A DNA stretch of 64,000 nt. Origin: the human T2T-CHM13v2.0 reference genome, Homo sapiens. The notes under the pieces were generated by a model. It worked only from the letters and a program-made list of their open reading frames with translations. It was not told the origin of the DNA and made no database searches. Below, in pieces: positions 39,525 through 53,899 of the stretch (its first letter is position 1; each line of letters begins with the position of its first letter). The translations under genes and the position numbers were made by a program. Where the stretch lies: the NCBI RefSeq assembly GCF_009914755.1, contig NC_060941.1. One strand, 5' to 3'.

Positions 39525-40894
39525 ATGCAGACAGTTTCTTTGTGATTTTAATTTGATTTGGGGGTAAAAGGAATTGCCTGGTACCATTGGGAGGGACAAA
39601 CTACAGTTTCCCAAAACAGTAAGAATGAGCAATTGCTGAGTCCTTAATATGAGCTCTGGGCTGAACACTCTTAATACACGATCTCACTGCGTACTTTCAA
39701 CAAGGGTTTTAACACCCTTATGAACTAGGGACTGTTGCACCGAGTTTCACAGTTAAGGAAACAGAGGCACAGAGAGGTGAAGTGACTTGCTGAAGCTTGT
39801 AGGCCTGCTTGGGGAGTGTCATGAAAGAATGCCCCAGAAAAGGAGGTTATCATTTCAACATCTTGTGGGGGGAGTTGTAAAGAGGGGAAGCAGCACAGCA
39901 AAGGCGGAAGAAGAGTGAGAAGAGTGACTTCATCATCTTATTATTATAACATTGGGAAAGTCATCTTGCCTTATTAGACCTCGGTGTTCACAAGTGTGAA
40001 ATGGGGATAATATTAACCACTTCGAAGGGCTGTTATAAGGTGATGTATAAAGCACCCATCATAGGACCAGGCACCTGGAAGTTTCTCTCCTTCCCTCTCT
40101 GAGCTTCAGCCTTTTCACTTAAAATGGACCTAGCAATTGTCAGGATCATCATGAGGATTAGATTAGTTAGTTGACAGATCAGCACTCTAAATCCCAATCT
40201 ACTGTGAAGTGTTGTCATGAGGACAGCAGGATGGAGGTTTTGTTTGGAAGTGTTGCAGGAGTAACCTAAAGCCACTTCTACTTAATTATCCTTCAATCAG
40301 AACTGCCTATTCCATGGGTCAGACACAACACAACTCTGAAGTAGAATTACATGCACAATAAAGCCTGATCCATGGGACACAGACTCGTAGTCTACTAAAG
40401 CTAAAAGGAAAGTTTAGACCATCTGGTCCAACCCTCTCATTTTATGGAAACTGAGGGCCAAGGCCTGGGAAGTAACTTGCCACGTGCCACTCAGCGAGTG
40501 CATAGCAGAGCAGGAGCCTGGCCAATGCCAGCTCCCAGGCTCGGGCCCTTTCCTGCACACCTTCCCTAGTGACGCATCTCTGTGGTCCTCAAAAGGGAGA
40601 CCGGTTGAGTAAGAACAAGGCGGAGACTATCTTGAAAATCATTTGAGTGTTCTTAGTCCTATGCAAAAGCAGAATTGGGGCCCTGCACTTCTCTGGGGTC
40701 AACAGACACAATTCCCTTCCTTGTCCTGCCCTTAGTCACCCTCATCATTCCAGAGCCCCAGTGGAAACTTCTTTCAGATTCTGCGGGGACTGAGAGAAGG
40801 AGGTTAGGGGGCAGAGCTGATCCAAAACAGGTGTAGGAAGAGGCTAGCAGCAAAGAATGTGCCTGGCCATAGTTTCTGCTTTCATTTGCCTAGA

Positions 40895-41110
40895 TCTGAG
40901 CTGTCTAATATGTTAGCCACTGGCCAAAGTGGCTATTTACGTTTTCATTACATTTAATTAAAATGAAATAAAATTTAAAATTCAGTTCCTGAGTCACACT
41001 AGTCACATTTCAAGTGCTCAGTAGCTCCATGTGGCTAGCTCCCATGTTAGACAGCACGGATTATGGGCTTTCTGTCCATCATTGCAGAAAGTTCTGTTGG
41101 AGAGCAGTCT
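40895..41110. mobile_element. MER3/MER33-like hAT element
   Basis: GCTGTCTAATATGTTAGCCAC...CACATTTCAAGTGCTCAGTAGC...CAGAAAGTTCTGTTGGA. Confidence 0.65.
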
Positions 41111-41273
41111 CCTAGAATGTTCTCAGAGCCTAAAGAAAGTGAAGGGAAGGGGAGTTGGGATGGCCTGTAAGATTAGAGTGTGGATTTTGAGAAAGATATG
41201 CAATTCTATTCTGAGGCGACGGGATGGGAGAGAGAATGGATGACTCCAGGCCAGAGACAAGGTATAGATCACT

Positions 41274-41750
41274 ACGGTAGCTGAATAATGGCCCCCGAGG
41301 TGCACACATCCTATTCCTCAGAACCTGTGAATGTCACTTTTATAGCAAAATGGACTTTGGAGATATGATCAAGTTAAGAATCTTGAGATGAGTGATTACC
41401 TTGAATTATTTGGTCAGGCCCTAAATGCAGTTGTAAGTGTCCTTATAAGGGGGAGGAAGAGAAGAATTTGGTAATAGAGGAGAAGATAGCAATGTGACAA
41501 CAGAAGCAAGATGCTATGCTGCTGGCTTGGAAGATGGAGGAAGAGGCCAGGAGCCAAGAAGTGTTAGGATGCAGCTCTAGAAGCTGCAAATGGCAAGGAA
41601 ATTTTTCCTCCCCTAGAGCCTCCAAAGGGAGTGTGGCTTAGTGAAACTAATTTCAGACTTCTCACCTCCAGAACTTTAAGAGAATAAATATGTGGTTATA
41701 AGATGTTAAGTGTGTGGTAATTTTTTACAGCAGCAATAGGAACAAATACA
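41274..41750 (+). mobile_element. MLT1 (about MLT1D) MaLR solo LTR
   Basis: GAATAATGGCCCC...CAGAACCTGTGAATG...CCCCTAGAGCCTCCA...CAGCAGCAATAGGAACAAATACA. Confidence 0.8.
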
Positions 41751-43037
41751 ACCACCAACTGACGCGTCACTGATAGCGGCCCCCAATAGCTCAGTGTGGC
41801 AGGAAAGGGAGCATTCTAGAGGGTGAGCCAAACCTCCCTGCAGGAGGAACCCAGGGTGAGAGGGACACACCTCAAGGAGATGAACTATAATGAGGAGAGG
41901 CATCCCAAGAGGAGATCTGCTTCAGCAACTGAGTTCTGGGGCTGAGGCTTGATCCAGGGTCCAAGACCCTTAGGAAGCATGCCTCTTCTTGAGACATCTA
42001 GGGTGCTCTGAGGGGTCCTGGATTCCTGTCCGGGAAAGAATCCATCCTCTCATCTGTCAGATGCAGCCCAGAGCAGAGCCATGACCTGTCTCTGGTTCAT
42101 TGTTGAGCAGGCAAGGTCAGGGCCAGAATCTGGGTCTTCTCCCTCACGATGGAGTCCCTTTCCCAATCCTCCCTGCCCCTCAGCTAATGGAAAGGGAGGA
42201 GCTCAGCTCCACAGAGGCAAGACCACCAGGGAAGGCTGCAGGAGGCCTGGGCAGCCTCATGAAGAAATGCTTCACCAGCAATTACAAACAGCAGAATGGA
42301 ATCCTCGAAGTGGGGCAATGTGGGACTTCACCTGTTGCACAATATGAGACTGTTTTTTTCCTTTCTCCTCTTTTCATACAACTTCCTTTTCTCACCCTGG
42401 GCCCAGAGAGCTGGAATCTGCTTACTTGACGTTCCATTTGAGGTTTCTCCAGGTTTCCGGGTGGGGACAGAAGCCAGAACAGATGAAGCAGGACACTCGA
42501 AAGGAACTATGGATTATGGAGCAACTTCTAGGCATCCGGCCTGTTTTCCTACTCCTTGCAGTGCCCACCTCCCCCAGCTCACTCTCCAGATGGGAGTCCA
42601 TTTCCTTATGTACATGTTCCTTTAGGACATGTTCATGCAAACATGTCCTCATCCCCCTATCCCACCTCAACCTGGAACCCTCCATCATGCTCCCATTGAC
42701 ACAGGCATTTTCCTCCAAGGAGGCCAGGAGCCGAGCAAGCAGAGGCAGGGATCAAGGGAGCAAGATGAGCTGAGGATGGTGACATAGCCACAGTTCTTCC
42801 TGGAGGCTGAGACCAGAGACCAGGTGGCAGTCCTGTGCTGCAGTCTGCATTCACCCTTTACAGACTTGAGGGTCTTGGCGCCCTCTCTTTCCCACTTATC
42901 TCTACCTGTTCTCCCTTCTAAACTCCTTCTCTCTTGGGTTCCCACTGAGTCTAGCATACAGGAAAATGGAAGAAAAGAATTGAGAGACAAAATCATGGCA
43001 CATTTTTCTACCTTTTAATAAGTTTCATTTTTGGATA

Positions 43038-43661
<624 letters not shown>

Positions 43662-44062
43662 TACGATAAGTGTGTAAAATATATATATTCAGAAGGAATC
43701 AGAAAATCAAAATTAATGTCTCTCAGGGAAGATGGGCTTGATGGGACTTGATGGAGGATGGTCTGGGAGACTATCCCCTTCTACGGAAACATTCCCTACT
43801 AGGAGACCAGCACAGCTGCAGGGAAATAATTTCTTCAGGCAGTGTTAGCAGCTTCTAAATCTCGGGACCCTATGTCCCTGGGCTCCTCAAGGAGATGTTT
43901 GTTATTTACAGTGACTCCTGATTCATTTCCTTAGGGGGTCCTCTCTTCCTTCAGCTAGGGACTTGAAGGGGAAAAGTGCCAGCATTTACCAAGCTCCTTA
44001 AAGCGCCAGGTGCTATACTGCTATGAGTTTCATATATAGTCTTTTTTAATCCTTGCAAAATC

Positions 44063-44359
44063 TCAGGTATGGTGGCATGTGCCTGTAGTCCCAGCTACAT
44101 GGGAGGCTGAGGCAGGAAGATTGCTTGAGCCCAGGAGTTCTGGGCTACAGTGCACTATGCCAATTGGTGTCCACACTAAGCTCGGCATTAACATTGTGAT
44201 CTCCTGGTAGCAGGGGACTACCAGGTTGCCTTAAGAGGGGTGATCCGGCCCAGGTCAGAAATGGAGCAGGTCAAAACTCGCATGCTGATTAGTAGTGGGA
44301 TCGTGCCTGTGAATAGCCACCGCATTTCCACCTGGGAAACATAGTGAGACCCTGTCTCT
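44063..44359 (+). pseudogene. Processed 7SL (SRP RNA) pseudogene inserted into a MIR
   Basis: Alu-like 5' end followed by the 7SL S-domain (GTGTCCACACTAAG...CCAGGTTGCCTTAAG...CCGGCCCAGGTCAGAAATGGAGCAGGTCAAAACTC...AGTAGTGGGATCG) and an A-rich tail. Confidence 0.9.
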
Positions 44360-44949
44360 GGGGAAAACAAAAAACAAAAAACAAAAACAACAACAACTAC
44401 AACGACAAAAAACCTAAGGTAGATATTATTATTCCCATTTTAAAGATGAGAAAACCAAGGCTCTGAAAGGTCTAGAGGTAGATCCACAGTGTGAGGACAC
44501 TGGTATGTGTAATCTTTGCAGACCTATTTGATTTATATTAGCTCTTCTTTTCTGTAACCTGCCTAAACAGGTCTACCTTGGCATAGTAAACCTCTTTGCC
44601 TTCCATCCTACCTTTCTATATCTCCTTGATTTGGAAGGTTGGAAGGGCTTGTCTTGTTCTCCCCCTTCATTTCTTGAAAAGAGTGAATCCCTGAATCTTT
44701 CAAGCTGTCTGTAGAGGAAGTTATTATATCTGTGACTCCAGATGAAGTCTGCAGATTCAAGGCCCTACCCACCCATTAGAACTTCTGACAGATGAGCGCC
44801 CACCAAGGAGTTTGATATCATGCACTTAATGGTTTTTAAATTAATAATTTTTGAATAGATAACAGTAGACATTATATACAATTCAAAAGGCATAAAAAGA
44901 TACCCAACCAGAAAGTAAATCTCCCTCCTAGCTCTGTCACCAAAATATC

Positions 44950-47900
44950 TGTTACCCAGGGTAATGTCTATGTGACCTAGGTAAATTTCTACGCCACTTT
45001 AACTCTGCTTATCTTCAGAAAACAGGATGCCTGAGGTCCAAAGTTCCCCCTCGGGACCAACAGACTAAGACTGCTGGGGTCTAAGATGGCAGCTCACTTG
45101 ACCTCCGATGAACTTGTAACTTCATTATAATCTAATGTCCATGCTAAATGACACTCCCACCAGCACCATGACAATTGACAATCTCCATGACAACAACTGA
45201 AGAAACCATAAGAGGACCAAAAGAAAGGCAAGAACTCCAATTCCAAGAAGCTCTCCACCCATTCTCAGAAAATACATGAATATTCCTCCCCCTGCTTTTA
45301 ATGCCCAACCCCTTCATTAAATATATCCTATTATCTGTGATTTCCCGGCTCTCTGAGCTAAGAAGTTGATTTGTGAGCCAGGCTCCTGCTTCTCAGTTCC
45401 CTGGCTGTGATGTTAATCAATGTCAACTTGATTGGATTGAGGGATACAAAGTATTAATCCTGGTTGTGTCTGTGTGGGTGTTGCCAAAAGAGATTAACAT
45501 TTGAGTCAGTGGGCTGGGGGAGGCAGATCCACTCTTAATCTGGTGGACACAATCTAATCAGCTTCCAGCTAATATAAAGCAGCCAGAAAAACATGAAAAG
45601 GAGAGCTGGGCCTAGCCTCCCAGCCTACATCTTTCTCCCATGCTGGATGTTTCCTTGTGATCGTGTAAGTTAACACTTAATAAATCTCCCCTCTCTCTCT
45701 ATATATATATCCTATGAGTTCTGTCCCTCTAAGAGAACCCTGACTAATACAGATTTTGGTACCAGGAGTGGTTCTAGAGAAACAGAATATTAAGGATTGA
45801 GTTCTTTCGTTGGTTTTGGGGTTTCTGGAATTGGCTGCTTAATATGGTTAGACCCCAAAATGCTAAGGACTGTATGTCTAATAGTATGGAGAAGACTGAT
45901 AGTCCTTGGTGTGAACGGTTTAGATAGTTAGGCAAAATAAATGCATTTGACACTCCTGATTTCACTGCTCATGAGAGGCAAGGAGTTTAGTGACTCTATA
46001 CATAATACCTTTGACCATATGCGGAGAACCAAGGAACATAATGAAGCTGGTTGGTTGCTCTTAAGTTCAGTATACAAAGTGTTGAAAGAAAATGATGAAC
46101 TCAGGGATTGTCTCCCGGCTTCAGAAATAGATACTAAGCTTCAAATCTGCTAAGATTGCCCTGAGTGAGAACCTTATCTCCTGTACAGAAAGAGCTGAAA
46201 TTGTAGAAAAACAGACACAAGCTTTTATCATGCAAGTGGCTGACCTGCAACAAAAGGGGCATGCACAGCCTCACCAGGTGTCTATTGTTAAAGTGGGGGC
46301 ATTGATTGGAAAAGAATAGGACCCTGCAACTTGGAATGGGGAAATGTGGGAGCACCCAGATGAAGCTGGGGACACTGAGTTTGTAAACTCTGATGAACCT
46401 TTTTTGCCAGAAGGAACAGCTTCCCAATCCCCAGTAGTGGCAACATCCGCTCCCTGACCCATGCTGCCATCAGCCTTTCCACCTTTGTCCACAGATAAAC
46501 CCTGTGCTGCCTGAGGCAACAGTGATGGCCTCCCCTGAGGCAGTTGCCAGGCAAAGTAATGTTGATTCCCCTCAGGAGCCACACCCAACACCCCTGTTTG
46601 CTGGCCCACTACATTGATGACAGTCTAGACATGTAACTACACTAAATTCTGGTCCATTACACTGATGACAGTCTAGACCTGTAACTAAAGTCCCAGTGGG
46701 CCCCTGGAAGTGAGATTGAGAGTGTGACCCATGAGGAGGTGCATGGCACTTCAAAAGAACTGTTTGAGTTCTCTAATTTATAAAAACAGCAATCTGGAGA
46801 ACAGGCATGGGAATGGATGTTAAGGGTATGGGGTAATGGTGGAAGGAACATAGAGTTGGATCAGGCTGAATTTATTGATTTGGGCCCACTAAGTAGGGAT
46901 TCTGCATTTAATGTTGCAGATTGGGGAGTTACAAAAGATTCTAATAGTTTATTTGCTTGGTTAGCTGAAATATGGAATAAAAGATGGCCCACTGTGAGCC
47001 AGCTGGAAATGCCTGATCTCTCCTGGTTTAATGTAGAGGAAGGGATCCAAAGGCTTAGGGAGATTGGGATGGTGGAGTGGATTAGTCACTTTAGACCTAA
47101 TCATCCCAGTGGGAAGGGTCCAGAAATTAACATGTCTCCTGGTGCCTGGTATGCACCAATTGACTTGGCAAATGCTTTTTCTCCATTCCTGTCCATAAGG
47201 CCCACCAGAAGCAATTTGCTTTCAACTGGCAAGGCCAGCAATATACCTTTACTGTCCTACCTCAGGGGTATATCAACTCTCCGGTTTTGTGTCATAATCT
47301 TATTCAGAGAGACCTTGAACACTTTTTGCTTCTGCAAGATATCACACTGGTCCATTACAATGATGACATTATGATGACTAGATCCAGTGAACAAGAAGTA
47401 GCAAACACACTGGACTTATTGGTGAGACATTTGCATGCCAGAGGATGGGAAATAAATCTGACTAAAATTCAGGGAACTTCTACCTCAGTAAAATTTCTAG
47501 GGGTCCAGTGGTGTGGGGCCTGTCGAGATATTCCTTCTAAGGTAAAGGATAAGTTGCTGCATTTGGCCCCTCCTACAACCGAGAAAGAGGCACAAAGCCT
47601 AGTGGGCCTGTTTGGATTTTGGAGGCAACACATTTGGGAGTGTTACTCTGGCCCATTTATTGAGTGACCCGAAAGGCTGCCAGTTCTGAGTGGGATCCAG
47701 AACAGGAGAAGGCTCTGCAATAGGTCCAGGCTGCTGTGCAAGCTGCTCTGCCACTTGGACCATATGACACAGCAAATCCAATGGTGCTTGAGGTGTCAGT
47801 GGTAGATAAGGATGCTGTTTGGAGCCTTTGGCAGGTTCCCATAGGTGAATCACAGCAGAGGCCTCCAGGATTTTGGAGCAAGTCCCTGCCATCTTGTTCA

Positions 47901-50373
47901 GATAACTACTCTCCTTTTGAGAGACAGCTCTTGGCCTGTTACTGGGCTTTGGTGGAAACTGAACGTTTGACTATGGGTCATCAAGTCACCATGTGACCTG
48001 AACTACCTGTCATGAACTGGGTGTTTTCCAACCCATCTAGCCACAAAGTGGGTCATGCACAGCAGCATTCCATCATCAAATGGAAGTGGTATATATGTGA
48101 TCGGGCTTGAGCAGGTCCTGAAGGCCAAGTAAGTTACATGAGGACATGGCTCAAATGCCCATGGTCTCCACTCCTGCCACTCTGCCTTCTCTCCCCCAGC
48201 CTGCACCGATGGGCCTATGATCAGTTGACAGAGTAAGAGAAGACTAGGGCCAGGTTCACAGATGGTTCCACACGATATGCAGGCGCCACCAGAAAGTGGA
48301 CAGCTGCAGCACTACAGCCCCTTTCTAGGACATCCCTGAAGGAGAGCAGTGAAGGGAAATGTTCCCAGTGGGCAGAACTTCGAGCAGTGCACTTTACATG
48401 AAATGAGAAATGGTCAGGTGTGCGATTATATACTGATTCATGGGCTGTAGCCAATGACTTGGCTGGATGGTCAGGGACTTGGAAGAAGAATGATTGGAAA
48501 ATTGGTGACAAAGAAATTTGAGGAAGAAGTACGTAGATGGACCTCTCCGAGTGGTCAAAAACTGTGAAGATATTTGTATCCCCTGTGAGTGCTCACCAAC
48601 AGGTGACCTCAGTGGAGGAGGAGTTTAATAATCAAGTGGATAGGATGACCCATTCTGTGGACACTACTCAGCCTCTTTCCCCAGCCACCCCTGTCATCGC
48701 CCAATAGACCCATGAACAAAGTGGCCATGGTGGCAGGGATGGAGGTTATACATGGGCTCAGCAAGATGGACTTCCACTCACCAAGACTGACCCGGCTATG
48801 GCCACTGCTGAGTGCCCAATTTGCCAACAGAAGAGACCAACACTGAGCCCTCGATATGGCACCATTCCTCAGGGTGATCAGCCAGCCACCTGGTGGCAAG
48901 TTGATTATATTGGACCTTTTCCATCATGGAAAGGGCAGAGGTTTGTTCTCACTAGAATGGCACTTACTCCTGATATGGGTTTGCCTATCCTGTATGCAAT
49001 GCTTCTGCCAAGACTACCATCCACGGACTCACAAAATGCATTACCCACCGTCATGGCATTCCAAACAGCATTGTCTCTGACCAAGGCACTCACTTTGCGG
49101 TTAAGGAAGTGGGGCAGTGGGCTCATGCTCATGGAATTCACTGGTCTTACCATGTTCCCCATCATCCTGAAGCAGCTGGATTGATAGAATGGTGGAATGG
49201 CCTTTTGGAGTCACAATTACAATGCCAAATAAGTGACAATAGTTTGCAGGGTTGGGGCAACAGCCAATCCAGGCAGGACTACAAATGACTCAGACCCTTC
49301 AGGAATGAAGGTTTGGGTCACTCCACTGGAAAAAAAAACAAAAACAAAAACACGACCTACTGAGGTGCTTGCTGAAGGCAAAGGGAATGCAGAATGGGTA
49401 GTAGAGGAAGGTAGTCATCAATACCAGCTATGATCACAAGACCAGCTGCAGAAATGAGCACTGTAACTGTCATGAGCATTTCCTCCTTCTTTTGTTAAAA
49501 ACATGTTTGTGCATGTATAGACTTGTACGAAGAAAATATCTTAATTTTATTTCCTTTTCCTTTATTATGTGACATAATATTTATTGGCTTCATATCAGCA
49601 TTTAAGTATTGTTCACTTTATGTAATAGTATTTGGGTTGGTATTGGTGCCTTTCCAGTTGTACAATGGATAGTTGTATTATGTTACATGTAATTATGACC
49701 TCATTATTGTCTTTATTTGAAGATTATGTATGATCTCAGGAGATGTGTATGGGTTCAGGTTGACAAGGGGTGGACTTGTGATGGTTAATACTGAGTGTCA
49801 ACTTGATTGGATTGAGGGTTACAAAGTATTAATCCTGGGTGTGCCTGTGGGTGTTGCCAAAAGAAATTAACACTTGAGTCAGTGCACTGGGGAAGGCAGA
49901 TCCACCCTTAATCTGGTGGGTACAATCTAATCAGCTGCCAGTGAATATAAAGCAGGCAGAAAAATGTGAAAAGGAGAGATGGACCTAGCCTCACAGCCTA
50001 CATCTTTCTCCCATGCTGGATGCTTCCTGCCTTTGAACATCGGACTCCAAGTTCTTCAGTCTGGGGACTTGGACTGGCCCTTCTTGCTCCTCAGCTTGCA
50101 GACAGCCTATTGTGGGACCTCGTGATCATGTAAGTTGATACTTAATAAATTCCCTTTATATCTGTCTATCTCTCTATCTATCTATCTCTCTATCTATCAT
50201 CTATCTATCATCTATCCTATTAGTTCTGTCCCTCTAAGAGAACCCTGACTAATACAGTGGCCATGGAATAAAGCCTGCACTACTTGACACTCACTTTTGG
50301 TTTTGTATATTGGCTTCACAGCACTAAACGGGGAAAGACTCCATTTGTATGGGGACTGGCTTTGTTGGTAACA
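44950..50373 (+). mobile_element. ERV1-class solo LTR (44950-45405 + 50257-50373) split by HERV-L
   Basis: TGTTAC...GTAACA termini, 4-bp TSD TATC on both sides, AATAAA in the distal half. Confidence 0.75.
45406..50256 (+). mobile_element. HERV-L provirus, internally deleted, with MLT2A LTRs (45406-45751 and 49777-50256)
   Basis: Paired TGTGATG...GACTAATACA LTRs; TSD CTGGC/GTGGC; PBS TGGTACCAGGAGTGG; broken gag (WDNGGRNIELDQAEFIDLG-like), RT (LVHYNDD, KFLGVQW), RNase H and integrase (CPICQQ...WQVDYIGP). Confidence 0.95.
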
Positions 50374-52904
50374 TATCCATTTCCCTTTCCTAGAAGCAAT
50401 GAATAATTGCTACCACTATTTTATGAACACATCTGGAGATTCCACAGCCTTTTAGAAGTGTCAGAGAATGGAACAACAAATGCAATAACAAGGATTGCCC
50501 AAATGATCAGGGCCTTAGGCTTCTAGCCTTTATCCTGAAAGTGCTTTAGCCCTCTCCTCCTAGAGGCCTAGATTTACAAAGCTCTTGACAGCTGTGCTCT
50601 GGGACAAATTGAATTCTGACATAAAACACTTTCTTGAGATTTGAAAATGCTACCTTTTCTCCCCTTTACTCTGTTCCCTAAACAAGGGGTTGCTGGAAAC
50701 ATCCTTGGTAAGTTTCATAAGATTGTCTGTTTCATATGATGCTTATAAATTTCATAGTCAATGACTTTGTTGTGCAAAAAAAAATGTAACTTTATTTTCT
50801 CCATAATTAAACTTAGCTTTTCAATCTCGATTTCTTTTGGTGGCAGAAATTTAATCTGACCAACAAGGTAAACAAAGTTTCTTGCTGCTGTTTTTTTTTC
50901 CAACTGAGAATCTTCCGTCTCCCATCCTTCTTCCTCTTCTCTCCTCCAGCTCTTCCCAGGGTCCCTCTGCATTCTGGAAGGCTGGAGAGTGATTGAGCAG
51001 TCAGGAGATGCAGGATTCTCACTCATGATTGACCCTGACCCCTGCTAGCCACTGATGAGGTGCATTTCAACTTTCTGGTCACTGCCGGCTCACTTGTCCT
51101 GCCATGTCCTCCTGGGTCAGGGCTGTGACTCTGTCCCCTTTGTCCCACCCTAAGCTTCTCTGAGCCTTCCAGGCCAGGGGCTACTTGGAAAGACTGGTGG
51201 TGTTCCCAGGCACACCTCCCTCCTGCTCCCCTGCACCTACAGTCCTCCCTCTTCCCAGGCAGGATGGACGCCCTATTGGGGTCATTCTCAGATGTCTAGC
51301 TTTCTGGCTCACATCTTTCACTTTATTCTCCCATGAATGTCTATCTGATTTTCTCTCAGTATGTGGGAAGCTAGTTCTTAAAAATTATCATTAATTCAAA
51401 AAATGCATATATTACTAATGGTATCATCCTTATCCCCATTGTCTTTGGGGGTTTAACCTTAGGAGCACCTTCTCCCTCCCACACTCAGATCCTTTCCTCT
51501 CAAAAAGTCCAGATCCTGAAATGCACTTTCAGAATGATTATGTCTGTTATGAGTTAAAAAAAAAAAAAAAAAAAAAAAGAGTACTGAGGAACTCAACTGA
51601 CTTGTTTGTTTAAACTCTATTCACCCTCCCCTGCAGGCAGTGAGCATGGATGATGATGATTGCTGGCAAAACAGGGGAGTGGTAGTGAAGGTTAGAAAGC
51701 CAGGGACTGGGGACACTTGTGCTGCCAGGGTGTTCTCTGAGCAATGATGCTGCTTGTGGTGAATTCCCATTCACCTCCAGAATGGGTTTCTGGCTTTGCT
51801 GAGAAAGGCTTTTATTGGGTGTCATTAGTAATTCTGTCAAAGGTGGTGGGGAGGCGGGGAAACTTCCCATGCTAAGAATCAAATCAAGAAACCCTTTCTG
51901 GGGAATAATGAGAGCCACGTTCTTTCTAATGTGATATGAAAGCACTGAATATTTGTTACTGCTTTTACAGAAATGATTAATTCTCAATCTATGTCAGAGA
52001 GATTCTCAGTGCTGATTTTCAGATGATGGCATTGGGAAATAGGCATCACTGCATGAAGTTGCTACCCCTTGTGCAGGCCTCCCTGGTGGCCTGTGTCATT
52101 GTCTTGGGCTTCAACTGCTAGATTGTGAACTGCCCCCCACCCCCCCCACCCCCAGGGGTGGATCAGGAGCTGGAAGGCAGGGTCTGCAGGGTGGCCGTGG
52201 AGAGGGGTGTGGTGCAGCTGAAAAGGAATAAGCTCCAGGGAGGGCAGGAAAAGCAATGAGATCAGCTCAGCCAAATCTAGTCCAGCCACAGCTTTTAGCT
52301 GGAGAGCATTGACAAGCTGTCCCAGGATTAAAAGGGGGTTTTGTGAAGAACATCACTTGGGTGAGAGGCTCATAGGCATCCTGCAAGACCAGCTAAAGGC
52401 TACATAGGAATTACAGCAAGCTGCAGCAGGATGGCCTCCAGTTTCAGAAGGGCCACGCCAACTTGGAGAGCGATGCATCTGACCCAGTACATTGACTGAA
52501 CGAAGGAGGCAAAGGAGCTATGTGAGGAGCCCACAGAAGAGGTCACCAAAAAGGGAAATGAAGCTGTAGCTTCCAGACACCTGAGTGGAAAAAAAGACCA
52601 GAGTCAGCAGCTCCAAGCCAAAAATAGAACACAAGCTCTCTTTCAAGTAAGGTGACAGTGGTGCTTGTTTATTCTTGAGTATAATTTTGTGTGAAAAAAA
52701 GCAGCCTGTAGGAAGAGTCCCTCTTCCACTGTGAAGGAGAGGCTGGTTGCAGGTAGAGAACTCTGTCTGGGTTCCCTCTGGAGTTCTCCTCTTCTCCACA
52801 CATGGGGTAGAGCGCTGTTTCCAGCCTGTTATTCCTATTCTCACTGGTACCCACTGAATGACTATGTACTGTGCACTCCCGATTCTGACAATCAATGGTC
52901 TAGA

Positions 52905-53429
52905 ACAGCAGTCCCCAGGCCCAGGCCACAGATTGGTACTGGTCCATGACCTGTTACGAACCGAGCCACACAGCAGAAGGTGAGTGGTGGGCGAGTGAGA
53001 AGCTTCATCTGTATTTACAGCCACTCCCCATTGCTGACATTACCGCCTGAGCTCCGCCTCCTGTCAGGTCAGCCACAGCATTAGATTCTCATACAAGTGC
53101 AAACCCTATTGTGAACTGCGCATGCCAGGGATCCAGGTTGCACGCTCCTTATGAGAACCTAATGCCTGATGATCTGTCACTGTCTCCCATCACTCACAGA
53201 TGGGACCATCAAGTTGCAGGAAAACAAGCTCAGGGCTCCCACTGATTCTACATTATGGTGAGTCGTATAATTATTTCATTATATATTACAATGTAACAAT
53301 AATAGAAATAAAGTGCACAATAAATGTAATGCACTTGAATCATCCTGACACAATCCCCCATCCCTTAATCAGTGGATAAATTGTCTTCCATGAACCCTGT
53401 CCCTAGTGCCAAAAAGGTTGGAACCATTG
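52905..53429. mobile_element. MER1A-like hAT-Charlie element
   Basis: CAGCAGTCCCC...GAGCTCCGCCTCCTGTCAG...GTGCCAAAAAGGTTGG. Confidence 0.8.
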
Positions 53430-53444
53430 GCCAAGAGCACTGAC

Positions 53445-53890
53445 TTTTTTTTCTTTTATTTCAGTAGCTTTTGGGATACCAGTGGTTTTTGTTACATGGA
53501 TGAATTATAAAGTGGCAAAATCTGAGATTTTAGTGCGCCTGTCACCTGAGTAGTGTATCTTGTACCTAATGTGTAGTTTTTTTTCCCTAGCCCCCCCTCA
53601 TCCTTCACCTTTTGAGTCTCTAAAGTGCATTATATCACCCGTTTGCCTTTGCATACTCAAAGCTTAGCTCTCACTTATAAGTGAGAACATACGGTTTTTG
53701 GCTTTCTTCTCCTGTGTTAATTCATTTAGAATAATGGCCTTCAGCTACACCCAACTTGCTGCAAAAGACATTATTTTGTTCTTTTTTATGGCTGAGTAGT
53801 ATTCCATGGTGTATATATACCACGTTTTCTTTATCCACTCATTGGTCGATGGGCACTTAGGTTGGTTCTACATGTTAGCAATTGTGAATT
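53445..53890 (-). mobile_element. L1PB-type 3' fragment
   Basis: GTTACATGGATGAATT...CACTTATAAGTGAGAACATACGG...GATGGGCACTTAGGTTGG. Confidence 0.8.
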
Positions 53891-53899
53891 ACAGAGCAC

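Noticed and set aside
46817-49184. gag/pol ORF fragments as a functional reverse transcriptase system
   Set aside because: HERV-L relic with many stops, frameshifts and large deletions; the active site reads YNDD.
52133-52160. C-run (G-quadruplex/i-motif candidate)
   Set aside because: Short, common, and with no associated gene feature.
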